DNA of 63,197 nucleotides from an uncultured Candidatus Peribacteria bacterium (GTDB lineage Bacteria; Patescibacteriota; Gracilibacteria; Peribacterales; Peribacteraceae): contig CAZLFU010000001.1 in assembly GCA_964558895.1 (NCBI GenBank), positions 1 to 63,197 of the forward strand, given 5' to 3'. The position numbers and the translations under genes are program-made. The number at the start of each line of letters is the position of its first letter. Positions within the stretch are counted from its first letter, which is position 1. Shown here piece by piece: positions 34,941-44,099 of this stretch. Below the pieces are notes generated by a model. That model was not told the DNA's origin and ran no database searches. It saw nothing but the letters and a program-made list of their open reading frames with translations.

Positions 34941-36353
34941 ATGTCAAAAACACATTCCAGATTCCTCTCCAAGGCATACTTTTTCTTTCCAGTCATTATG
35001 GTGCTTGGAGTGATAGGCTTTATGAGCTTGCTTCTTTTTACGAGAAGTAACGCGGTGATGTCACAAGAATTGAAACTACGCTTACAGAGTACGGCTGCAG
35101 TGGCCGCACTGCCATTTTCTGTCGATGATATAGAGCAGGTGTGGACAATGGCAGATATGCAGAAGCCTGTCTTTCGGAGTCTTGTCTTGCAGCTTCAACA
35201 AATTCGCGAAGTTATTCCTCATATTCGGTATGTGTACATCATGCGGAGAACAAGTGACCCAATGGTTCTCTCTTTTGTCGCAGATGCGGATGCTCTCAGT
35301 TCTGTAGAAGATTTGGATGAGAATGAGAATGGAGTTATCGACCCAGATGAACAGGTTTCTTATCCTGGCGATACGTACCCCATCGATGATATTGCAGCAC
35401 TTCGGCATGATGCTTTTTTGTTTCCAACTTCCGATGAGGAAATTACCTATGACCAATGGGGTGCATTGATTTCTGGATATGCACCTATTCGCGATAGCCG
35501 TGGTGAGACTGTGGCCATTCTTGGTATCGATATGGAAGCAGGGGAATATTTACGACAAGCTCGTAGGATCTTCTCTCCCTATATCATTTTACTCATTACT
35601 CTCATCGGAGTACTCCTTGCTGTGTACATTCTTCTCTTTCTTCGAGATAGGCGCATCAGCATGTTGCAGAAGCTCAACCAGGAACGAAGTGCTATGATGG
35701 ATCTTGCATCACATCAACTTGGAACACCTCTCTCTATTTTTAAATGGTGGGTAGAAATCATGAAAGAAAACCAAGGAAAAGTGACAGATACGCAAGAGGT
35801 GTGCACGCAGATGGAAAAGGGAATTGAGCGTATGGAATCTATTATGGATGCAATGCGAAAAGTGAATAACATGCACAAAAAATCTCATGTATCTACTTCG
35901 GGAGAAACTTCTTTGGACAGAGCAGTGAGGGAAGTGCAAGATCATCTACAATTCCAGCTGCAGAAGAATAAGCAAACTCTGAAGCATTCATTAGGAAAGG
36001 GGATCATGGTGAAAATGGAAAAAGAATTGCTTACAGGTGTTCTCGATGAAGTGCTGATGAATGCACTCTCCTATTCTCCAGAAGGTGAGACTATTTTCAT
36101 TCGTGCAAAAGCACAGAGAAAATTTGTGCAGATAGAAGTGGAAGATCGTGGTTGTGGAATCCCCGAAGATGATATCGATCATGTCTTCGAAGAATTTCGT
36201 CGTGGTTCCAACGCGGCAAAGTGCCAACCTGTTGGAAATGGCATAGGACTCTTTGTCGCCAAAGGTATTATAGAAACAGTGGGTGGCAAAATTTGGTTGA
36301 AGACACAGGAGGGGAAAGGCACAACAGTGTTCATAAAATTGCCGACGGAATAA
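34941..36353 (+). CDS. Sensor histidine kinase
   Basis: Two TM helices flank a periplasmic domain. H-box 'LASHQLGTPLS'; N-box 'VLMNALSYS'; 'VEDRGCGIP'; 'GNGIGLFVAKG'. Start at ATG 34941. Confidence 0.85.
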   Translation: MSKTHSRFLSKAYFFFPVIMVLGVIGFMSLLLFTRSNAVMSQELKLRLQSTAAVAALPFSVDDIEQVWTMADMQKPVFRSLVLQLQQIREVIPHIRYVYIMRRTSDPMVLSFVADADALSSVEDLDENENGVIDPDEQVSYPGDTYPIDDIAALRHDAFLFPTSDEEITYDQWGALISGYAPIRDSRGETVAILGIDMEAGEYLRQARRIFSPYIILLITLIGVLLAVYILLFLRDRRISMLQKLNQERSAMMDLASHQLGTPLSIFKWWVEIMKENQGKVTDTQEVCTQMEKGIERMESIMDAMRKVNNMHKKSHVSTSGETSLDRAVREVQDHLQFQLQKNKQTLKHSLGKGIMVKMEKELLTGVLDEVLMNALSYSPEGETIFIRAKAQRKFVQIEVEDRGCGIPEDDIDHVFEEFRRGSNAAKCQPVGNGIGLFVAKGIIETVGGKIWLKTQEGKGTTVFIKLPTE

Positions 36354-36647
36354 TGGGAGGATCATAATTTTCGTGATACATTGTTCTTCTCATTCGTCAG
36401 CTAGGCTGACTACTGAGGACGTGAAGGTGTAGTTCACTTAAACAACTGGGGATGACCCGCCTACATCCGCCTGAGGCAGATTACGGACGGGCAAGAGGAG
36501 AAAGTAATGATTTTCATTATTTGTAGCTCATTTACACCACTGGGGATGATCCTCCTTCGTCAGCGTTGGCTGACTACGGAGGACAAGCAGGCGACCTAGG
36601 AGGAGTCTCCTTCGTCACTTTTACAATATTTATGTCGCTTAGATTAT

Positions 36648-37095
36648 GGGGATGACAGGTATCGACAGCGTGAATCTAGGTATTGATCGCCCTGCACCAG
36701 ACACTTTGTGTCGATGCTGGGCAAGCTTCTGTTCGGGATGGCAACGGTTCCCGATACCCACTTGTTGCACCAACAATTGCAAACACTGCAATGAATGCTT
36801 TCCGTAACGCTGCTGCTAGAGGACAGGAACTCGCAAGAGGATTTGTTCTTCAGCCAGCTATGGTAGCTTAGTTCGCCCTTGCGCGAACACGTCTCTCCTT
36901 TGATCCTCGCTAAGAGGATGAGGCGTCACTAGCGAGGTGGGAATACACTTGATGTGATGTATTCCGTCATACAGCATCAACCCTCTCTTTTGTTCTTCGT
37001 CCGCTTCTTATAAAAGAGAGTATCGAAACGGACATGACAGTATGAGCACAGTGTCTACACGTTGGACCCGGGTTCAAATCCCGGCATCTCCACCA
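36648..37095 (+). ncRNA. ssrA: tmRNA (transfer-messenger RNA)
   Basis: 5' GGGGATGACAGGTATCGACAGCG. 3' GGACCCGGGTTCAAATCCCGGCATCTCCACCA (T arm CCGGG-TTCAAAT-CCCGG). Acceptor GGGGATG/CATCTCC has one G-U pair. Internal tag frame ends ...LQPAMVA-TAG at 36869-36871. Confidence 0.85.
36781..37095 (+). repeat. 315-bp direct repeat, copy 1 (3' part of the functional tmRNA)
   Basis: Identical by eye, base for base, to 44100-44414. Confidence 0.9.
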
Positions 37096-37171
37096 ACGGC
37101 TTTAGTAAGCCATTTTATAATGATTGACTAAATTTGCTAATATTTAAAAAAAGTGTATTGTAATTATTCCT

Positions 37172-38887
37172 ATGCGTAGTATTGAAAATGATAGGGAGTT
37201 GAATCCAGTTAGCCAAAACCCCTTTGCTACAGAGATATCACTTTATGAAAAAAATAGAAGTGCTGGAGATATTCCTGTGGCCGTAAGTGTCCCAGATTTT
37301 TACCCAGTTGCATTTCCGAATATTGGACATCAGATCATTGAAAAACGGGTGAATGATATGCAGGATTATTTTGCTTATCGATGCTACTTGTCGACTGATT
37401 ACAAAATACTTAGAGAATCTCAAATCCCTTCGGAACTCGTTCTTATTTCCATGAGTTATGAAGGTTCCTACATACGGGCTCTACGTGTTCTCGATCAATT
37501 AGGCATCCCATTAGAAGCAAACAAAAGAACTGAGGAAGATCCAGTGGTGGTTTTCGGAGGCCGTGCTGTTTCTATAAATCCGCTACCACTTTTTGATACA
37601 GCTGATGTAATTGGAATTGGAGATGGTGAAGAACTTATAGTAGAAATTTGTGATGCTTTTCGTGCAGCTCGAACATGTCGAAGTAAATTATTTGAACTTC
37701 TTAATGGTAAAAGGGGAATTGTAATTCCTTCGCGTTATCATGTTGAAACAGAAGGAGGTTATTTGAAAACTTGGGAACCAAAAAACGCGCCGCTAGATAT
37801 TGAGCCAAATCGAGGCTCATCGTTTCCTCATTCTTGGTATCTTTCTTCAGAAACAGATTATAACGATATTGGTTACTACGAAGGTCAAACATTTTTTTCA
37901 ATGGAGATTGTCAAAGCATGCGCTTCCAAATGTCTATTTTGTGCTGAAGGATTTAATAACGGAAGAATGCGTTTTACTGACGACACTGAAAATATTACGA
38001 AGCTTGGTAGTTGGGCAAAAGACAAAGGTGCTGACCTCGTAAAATTATTTTTTCCAGCGAATTCGACTGTGGAAACGACAAAAAATATCGTTCGCTCGTT
38101 ACTTGATCTTGGTTTACAACCACGAGTTGGCTCTGCAAAAGCTGAAAAAATAGATCGTGAATATATCGAGTTTGTAGGTAAATCAGGACAAGAAAAAATT
38201 GCTTTCGCCCCTGAAACTGGCGATTACGAACTGAGGAAGAAATTAGGAAAGCCCGGCATGACAAACGAAGTCTTGGATACAGTAATTACTAATGCTTTAG
38301 AAGCTGGTATTCCGAATGTTGATTTTTACTTCATTATGAACCTTCCTGGTGAGACACCTGAAAGCTTCCAAAGAACTGTAGATTTGATTGGACATTTTAG
38401 GGATCTTACTAGGAGGCTTGGGATGAAAGGAAGAATGAGAATGTCTGCACCGAATTTCTTTCCAAAGGCTTGGACTCCTTTCCAATATGCACCTTCCGGC
38501 GATATAAATTTATATAACGATAAAATTCATATGATCGAAGCGGTGCACGGAGACGGTGTTAAAGTTAGTAATATGCAGGGAAATGTTGATTTACTGTCAC
38601 AAAATATAATGTCCAGAGGCGGCAATGAAGTTGGCTCTTTACTCCGAAGGGTTTATGAAAGACAAAAGGAACGAGAGGCTCATACAGGCCAATTCACACC
38701 TGATACTTTCGAAGATTGGAGAGTGGCACTGCAAGAACTAGGATTGTCCGAGGAACAGTATTTTTCAGCAAAGGAAGGAGATTTGCCTTTGCCATGGCAC
38801 CATATACGAATGCACAATTCAGTTGATTCCTTACATAAAGCATGGGAAGTCTTCAAGGGTAGAACTATTCCTCTCCCTGTTATATGA
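37172..38887 (+). CDS. Radical SAM protein with an N-terminal B12-binding-like domain (TIGR03960-like family, function unknown)
   Basis: 'MEIVKACASKCLFCAEG' (CxxxCxxC). N-terminal 'VVVFGGRAVSINPLPLFDTADVIGIGDGEE'. Confidence 0.6.
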   Translation: MRSIENDRELNPVSQNPFATEISLYEKNRSAGDIPVAVSVPDFYPVAFPNIGHQIIEKRVNDMQDYFAYRCYLSTDYKILRESQIPSELVLISMSYEGSYIRALRVLDQLGIPLEANKRTEEDPVVVFGGRAVSINPLPLFDTADVIGIGDGEELIVEICDAFRAARTCRSKLFELLNGKRGIVIPSRYHVETEGGYLKTWEPKNAPLDIEPNRGSSFPHSWYLSSETDYNDIGYYEGQTFFSMEIVKACASKCLFCAEGFNNGRMRFTDDTENITKLGSWAKDKGADLVKLFFPANSTVETTKNIVRSLLDLGLQPRVGSAKAEKIDREYIEFVGKSGQEKIAFAPETGDYELRKKLGKPGMTNEVLDTVITNALEAGIPNVDFYFIMNLPGETPESFQRTVDLIGHFRDLTRRLGMKGRMRMSAPNFFPKAWTPFQYAPSGDINLYNDKIHMIEAVHGDGVKVSNMQGNVDLLSQNIMSRGGNEVGSLLRRVYERQKEREAHTGQFTPDTFEDWRVALQELGLSEEQYFSAKEGDLPLPWHHIRMHNSVDSLHKAWEVFKGRTIPLPVI

Positions 38888-39552
38888 ATAAAAGAATCAG
38901 CCATATCTTATTGGATCTCGACGGCACATTAACCAATAGCATGGATATTTTTTATGAGGTTGATAGACAATTCCTTGCAGCAAATAAAATAGAGCTGACC
39001 GAAGAAGATCTGGCACAGATGCAGCTTGAAGATGGGTTCGAGGTGCTTCGTTCGATTTTAGATACACGATCTAATTTAACAGAAGATGAAAAAGTTAAGA
39101 TTATGCAAAAAATTTTAGAGGCAAGTGTTAATGAATTAGCTGAGAAAGTGAGGTGGTATTCCGATGTTGAGCCATTCGTAAAAGACAGTTTATTGTATCC
39201 TGTAACTATCGGGATTGTTACTAGATCCAATGCACGAGATTTAGATACTATGCAGCATCAAATTCCTGTTCGCTCATTAATCCCTATTATAGTTCAAGGT
39301 GAAGATACCAAGGGTCGCCATAAGCCTAATCCTTATCCACTTATTCTGGCTGCAGAGAGATTAAATGTGGATCCAGAGAATTGTATTTATGTTGGTGATC
39401 ATCAAAATGATCTTCGTGCAGCTAAAGCAGCAAGTATAAAGAGTTGTATTATATTGAGAAAGCATGTTCCACAAGAACTTATACAGAAAGCGGATTTTTC
39501 AATAAATTCTCTTTCTGAACTTTTTTCAATTGCCCTAAACGAAAATGAATGA
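38884..39552 (+). CDS. HAD-superfamily phosphatase
   Basis: 'ILLDLDGTLTNS' motif I; 'VGDHQNDLRAAKAA' motif IV; 4-nt overlap with the upstream gene. Confidence 0.7.
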   Translation: MNKRISHILLDLDGTLTNSMDIFYEVDRQFLAANKIELTEEDLAQMQLEDGFEVLRSILDTRSNLTEDEKVKIMQKILEASVNELAEKVRWYSDVEPFVKDSLLYPVTIGIVTRSNARDLDTMQHQIPVRSLIPIIVQGEDTKGRHKPNPYPLILAAERLNVDPENCIYVGDHQNDLRAAKAASIKSCIILRKHVPQELIQKADFSINSLSELFSIALNENE

Positions 39553-40711
39553 ATTCACATTCCATTCTGCAGAATCCGTATTTCGCGGCCATCCGGATAA
39601 GATAGCTGATCAAATTAGCGATTCAATTGTTGATGCATATCTTCAACAGGATAAATATTCTAAGGTTGCCTGTGAAACGTTGGTAAAACAAAATTTAATT
39701 GTCGTAGGTGGTGAAGTAACATCTGCAATCGAGGTAAATATTGATGAGGTAGTTTGTGAAACAGTGAAGCGAATCGGATACACTGATTCTTCTAAAATTT
39801 TTAACGTTAATAATTTAGAAATAATTAAACGTATTACAGCTCAAAGTCCAAGTTTTACTGAAAAAATCGGCAATAAACAGCGTCAGGATGTCGTGGCATC
39901 TGACCAGGGTATTTTATATGGATTTGCATCAAATGAATCACCCACAAAGATGCCGTTGCCAATGTATTTGGCACAAAGTATTACGCAGGAAATCGAAAAT
40001 GCACGCGTCACTAAGCAATTGCCTTACCTTCAACCAGATGGGAAATGCCAAGTTACTGTAGCGTATAGTAAAAATAATCAGGTAGACCATGTTCATTCGG
40101 TGGTTGTTTCAGCTCAGCACAAGCCAGAGCAAGATCCTGAAAATGTCATTGCTGATATCCGATATCTTCTTGATGGAATTTTTGATCCACATTTGATTAC
40201 TCCTAACACTAAATTCTTCATTAATCATTTCGGAAAATTTATAAATGGTGGACCTGAATTTGATTGTGGAATAACAGGTAGGAAACTTTTAATCGATACG
40301 TATGGTTCTGCTGCAAGGCATGGCGGTGGAGCATTTTCCGGGAAGGATCCGAGTAAATTGGATCGTTCTGGTGCTTATGCTGCCCGATGGATTGCAAAAA
40401 ATATTGTTTCTGCAGATTTAGCAGCGCAATGTGAAGTTGAGTTAGTTTACGCGATGGGATATGAACAGCCGATCTCTATCGGTATTCAGGCAAAAGGTAC
40501 GGAAAAAGTTTCCATTAGCAAAATTGAAAAAGCTGTGAGGGGGGCATTTGATTTGAGACCATCTGCAATAGTAGAAGAGCTTGGTTTACGGGATATTTCT
40601 TCATATAAAGATCTCGCCTTCGGTGGCCATATGGGTCGTCATGATCTTACAATGCCTTGGGAATCAACTCAAAAAGCATCATTACTTTCAAAGGTGTTAC
40701 ATGGCTCATGA
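39545..40711 (+). CDS. metK: S-adenosylmethionine synthetase
   Basis: 'SAESVFRGHPDKIADQISDSIVDA', 'GAFSGKDPSKLDRSGAYAARWIAKN'. Confidence 0.95.
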   Translation: MNEFTFHSAESVFRGHPDKIADQISDSIVDAYLQQDKYSKVACETLVKQNLIVVGGEVTSAIEVNIDEVVCETVKRIGYTDSSKIFNVNNLEIIKRITAQSPSFTEKIGNKQRQDVVASDQGILYGFASNESPTKMPLPMYLAQSITQEIENARVTKQLPYLQPDGKCQVTVAYSKNNQVDHVHSVVVSAQHKPEQDPENVIADIRYLLDGIFDPHLITPNTKFFINHFGKFINGGPEFDCGITGRKLLIDTYGSAARHGGGAFSGKDPSKLDRSGAYAARWIAKNIVSADLAAQCEVELVYAMGYEQPISIGIQAKGTEKVSISKIEKAVRGAFDLRPSAIVEELGLRDISSYKDLAFGGHMGRHDLTMPWESTQKASLLSKVLHGS

Positions 40712-41852
40712 TTTGAAAAATTCAGGAGAATCTAATCAAGAAAACTGCATTGTTTTCACAGGAGCACCTTGTTCAGGTAAAACATCTACGCTTCGCTTGC
40801 TTCAACAAAGCGGATTTGGGATTTGTGACGAAGCTGCTGACTTATACGTTGTTAATGAATTAAATAAGGGTAAGACAATTGAAGATATTTTAGCTGACCG
40901 CTTATCTCTAGAAATTGGTGTTACGCGCCTTGCTTTAATACGAGAGGCAGGCATTGCCCCGGATGCCCTTCATTTTCTTGATCGTTCTGCAATTGACTCC
41001 GTAGGTTATTCAAGAACATATAATATCGATCCGATCCCCTTTGAAAGTGAGATTCGCAATAAAAGATATAATCCTAATGTTTTTTTCTTTGATCGATTGG
41101 GCCTGCTTAATAATAGGCTGGAAAGAAGTGAAATTGAAGTATTGGAGCTGGAAGGGCAATTAGAAGCTGCATATAAAGAACTCGGGTATGAAATTATCCG
41201 CGTTCCTTTAATGAGTGTTCGGCATCGAGCGTGGTTCATTCTCACGGAAATTCAGAAGAGGATAACGGATGTTAAATTTGGTGAAGCATTAAGCAGACGA
41301 TTGGGAATTTCCGAAGCATTGCGCTTAAATTATGAGAACTTTCAATTTTACGCGCCAAATAGAAGATTTGATGAACAAAGTGACGAACTGCTTAGGGTAA
41401 AAGCATCGCGTGAGGGTATATCTGGAATAAATATTAATATCATTGTTGTGAATGATAAAAATCATATTCTCTTTCTTAAGCGTGCCCTTCATGATTCTCA
41501 TGCCCCGGGAAGTATCGGATTGCCAGGTGGCACCCGTGAACCAGAGGAATCTCTGATTATTACTATGGAAAGAGAAATGAAAGAGGAAACAGGTATACAA
41601 GCGTCCGAAGAACTATATTTAGTGGGCTCATATGATATTGCTTCTGAAACAGCAACATGGAGATCTTTTACTTTCTTAAATAAAATTCAAGGATCAGAAG
41701 TATTATTAGATCCTGAAGAGCATTCTGGTTATTTTTGGGAGAATTTTTCTGACGAAAAAATGTTGCTGAGAACTGAATTACATAGTCCTGGTGAAATGAT
41801 TATGATTCATAATACTCAGGCAAATCTTTTGGCTAAGAGATTAATAGTATAA
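40701..41852 (+). CDS. P-loop ATPase (AAA_28/NadR-like) fused to a Nudix hydrolase domain
   Basis: 'FTGAPCSGKTST' Walker A. C-terminal Nudix box 'GLPGGTREPEESLIITMEREMKEETG'. Start set at ATG 40701 (the track start lies inside metK). Confidence 0.7.
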   Translation: MAHDLKNSGESNQENCIVFTGAPCSGKTSTLRLLQQSGFGICDEAADLYVVNELNKGKTIEDILADRLSLEIGVTRLALIREAGIAPDALHFLDRSAIDSVGYSRTYNIDPIPFESEIRNKRYNPNVFFFDRLGLLNNRLERSEIEVLELEGQLEAAYKELGYEIIRVPLMSVRHRAWFILTEIQKRITDVKFGEALSRRLGISEALRLNYENFQFYAPNRRFDEQSDELLRVKASREGISGININIIVVNDKNHILFLKRALHDSHAPGSIGLPGGTREPEESLIITMEREMKEETGIQASEELYLVGSYDIASETATWRSFTFLNKIQGSEVLLDPEEHSGYFWENFSDEKMLLRTELHSPGEMIMIHNTQANLLAKRLIV

Positions 41853-42293
41853 AAATCATATCCGTTCTAATGTTGGAGAATCTAGATTCTTTGTAATGCA
41901 CCAAGTTGCTTCGCCCATCCCATAATCAACTGCTCAAGGCGGTGTAAACTTTTTCGCAGCACCTCCACCAACCTCCGCAGGAGGTTGTCAACCATAGCCT
42001 CCGCGCAGCGGAGCAGTTGTTGACCTCTTTGGGCAACACTTCTTAGCTACGGTTGGTGGTCCTGCGGAATCATACGCGGCGGCTATCACACCTGGCTATG
42101 ACATGACATACTCATGACGTATCAAGGCAATGAATACAGATATCGCACAAGCACTAATGGTTCTATCGTTCGAGTCGAATAAGACTGCTTTTTCTTTCTG
42201 GTTGCTACTGTGAATCGATTGATTCTTTTAAAAGCTTATGCCCCATTCCATTCATCTCATTCAATAGATTCAAACTTTTCGTACCGATTCTAC

Positions 42294-42321
42294 AAAAAAC
42301 CCGACCATATGGTCGGGTTTT
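42294..42321 (-). terminator. Rho-independent terminator
   Basis: cccgacc-atat-ggtcggg flanked by A6 and T4. On the minus strand it follows the stop of 42346..43140. Confidence 0.75.
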
Positions 42322-42345
42322 AAAGACACTAGGTTTCAATATAAA

Positions 42346-43140
42346 CTACCGAATCCAGAAGACGTCGGTGATGATCTTGTTGCCGTTACCGAGATCGCGC
42401 TCGTATCGGTGGTCACTTATTTGTCGACCCCATGCTGAGGGGTTGTTGAGATCAATATCCTGCCCTACATTCGCGGGCTTTCCATTTCCTTTACCATTGC
42501 CACCTCCATCACTGCCACCACTGATAATGTATGTATTTACACTATCGAGGTGAGCGTAAATCGCTGTGAGCTGGTCATAGTCATGCTGGTTTGGATGCTG
42601 ATTTGGCGTTGGATCTGGGTCGGTGTAATCCATACACGTTCCGAGAGGAGCATTACCAAAATCTTCATCTTGATGACCAAGACCAAATATATGGCCAATT
42701 TCCTGACAGGTTACAAGACTTCTCCAAGCGGTTGTGTTGTACTTCGCAGTATTAAAGTATGTATCGTTGAGCTTTACTACTCCTTGAGTGATGTGGCCTC
42801 CACTGATCCAAATTTGAGCGATGCCGAGCCAGCCGGTATTACCATATGTACTATTACAGATTTCTGCACGGCCATTCGTTGCACTGCAGTTGCGAGGCTT
42901 TGATTTACCAGCCACAACAGAGGTATGAAGTACAGAAGAGAGATTCCAGTCGCTACTTGCAAGAGAAAGATGGCTATCCCATACATTGGAAACGTTATCA
43001 CCTAGTTCAAGTGGAAGGGGGTTTGCTGTGCGTCCCCAGTGATAACTAGCCCACGAGTGGCTAGCGTATGCACTAACGACAAAGGTCAATGAAGTTAAAA
43101 CAACTCCAGCTGATAGGAATGCATGTGAATATTTCTTCAT
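42346..43140 (-). CDS. Secreted metzincin-like protein with a variant zinc motif (QEIGHIFGLGH)
   Basis: Signal peptide 'MKKYSHAFLSAGVVLTSLTFVVSAYA'. 'QEIGHIFGLGHQDE' fits HExxHxxGxxH except that the first His is Gln (codon CAG read directly). Confidence 0.6.
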   Translation of the reverse strand: MKKYSHAFLSAGVVLTSLTFVVSAYASHSWASYHWGRTANPLPLELGDNVSNVWDSHLSLASSDWNLSSVLHTSVVAGKSKPRNCSATNGRAEICNSTYGNTGWLGIAQIWISGGHITQGVVKLNDTYFNTAKYNTTAWRSLVTCQEIGHIFGLGHQDEDFGNAPLGTCMDYTDPDPTPNQHPNQHDYDQLTAIYAHLDSVNTYIISGGSDGGGNGKGNGKPANVGQDIDLNNPSAWGRQISDHRYERDLGNGNKIITDVFWIR

Positions 43141-43210
43141 ACAATGAAATGTTATAGATAATAGGATATAATTATACTCTAAAATAACATCAAGTCAACA
43201 ATATTTAATT

Positions 43211-43946
43211 GGTTCATTTCTAGTTTAGAGGTCTTTTTCGAAAGAGCTTTAGTAACAAATTATAGAGGTTTTCCTTTCGATGGTTAAATCGAAATTCACA
43301 TTCCTTGAGATGAAGGTAGAAAGTAGATTTATGCATGCCTCTTGCTCTAGTCAGACGTACTTTTGCCAATCCCCAGAAGTTCTCAATGCCATTGATATGA
43401 CTTTTCCCACGAGCAAATTCATTGTCTCCATGGTGCACTCGATAATGTTTACGATAGCCAACGTCTACAAGTCCATCATACGCTTTCCAGTTGTCACTGT
43501 AGATAATACTGTCAGGATCAACTTTTCCCTTAATAATGCTATGAAGTGTATATCTATCTGCTTCTTCAATGATCTTTGTGTATACCTTTCCCTGTCTTTT
43601 TAGGAGTCCAAATACTGGTGTTTTCTTCCCTGCACCACGTCCTCTCTTCCCGCGTACACGCCTTGGATCAAAGTAGGATTCATCAACTTCAATATCACCC
43701 TTAAACAGAGATTCATTCTCACACTCCTCTGCAATACGCTTACGAATGATTTGGAAATATCGATGCACGGTGTTCGCATTTAAACCTGTTAATTCCACTA
43801 CTTTCGTTGCCTCCAAATCGAGACAAAAATACTTCAAAAGAGCTCTGAATTTCTCTTCAGAAATATGGGCTCTGTTGATGTAACGATTTTTTGGCTTCAT
43901 GGAGCTAAGAGAAGGATACCATCCTCTTCTTAACTAGAAATGAACC
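43211..43946 (-). mobile_element. IS1595-family insertion sequence (736 bp) with 15-bp perfect TIRs and an 8-bp target duplication
   Basis: TIR GGTTCATTTCTAGTT at 43211-25 and its reverse complement at 43932-46. Direct repeat ATTTAATT at 43203-10 and 43947-54. Confidence 0.85.
43220..43900 (-). CDS. IS1595-family (ISXO2-like DDE) transposase
   Basis: 'IEVDESYFDPRRVRGKRGRGAGKKTPVFGLLKRQGKVYT', 'IYSDNWKAYDGL', 'HINGIENFWGLAK'. Confidence 0.8.
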   Translation of the reverse strand: MKPKNRYINRAHISEEKFRALLKYFCLDLEATKVVELTGLNANTVHRYFQIIRKRIAEECENESLFKGDIEVDESYFDPRRVRGKRGRGAGKKTPVFGLLKRQGKVYTKIIEEADRYTLHSIIKGKVDPDSIIYSDNWKAYDGLVDVGYRKHYRVHHGDNEFARGKSHINGIENFWGLAKVRLTRARGMHKSTFYLHLKECEFRFNHRKENLYNLLLKLFRKRPLN

Positions 43947-44099
43947 ATTTAATTTTTTTGTGAATATTTTTCCAAACCCTCAAGAGTAGTCCTCAATTCC
44001 AGATACCAATCCATCATCTCCTCCATGTGGTTCTAGTTATTTTCTACCCCAATTAATCATGACTGAAGAAGACTGGAAACATGACGGTGAGCAATGGAT

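Noticed and set aside
36683-36871. 62-aa ORF from the track
   Set aside because: It lies entirely inside the tmRNA. Its 3' end is the tag reading frame, so it is not an independent protein gene.
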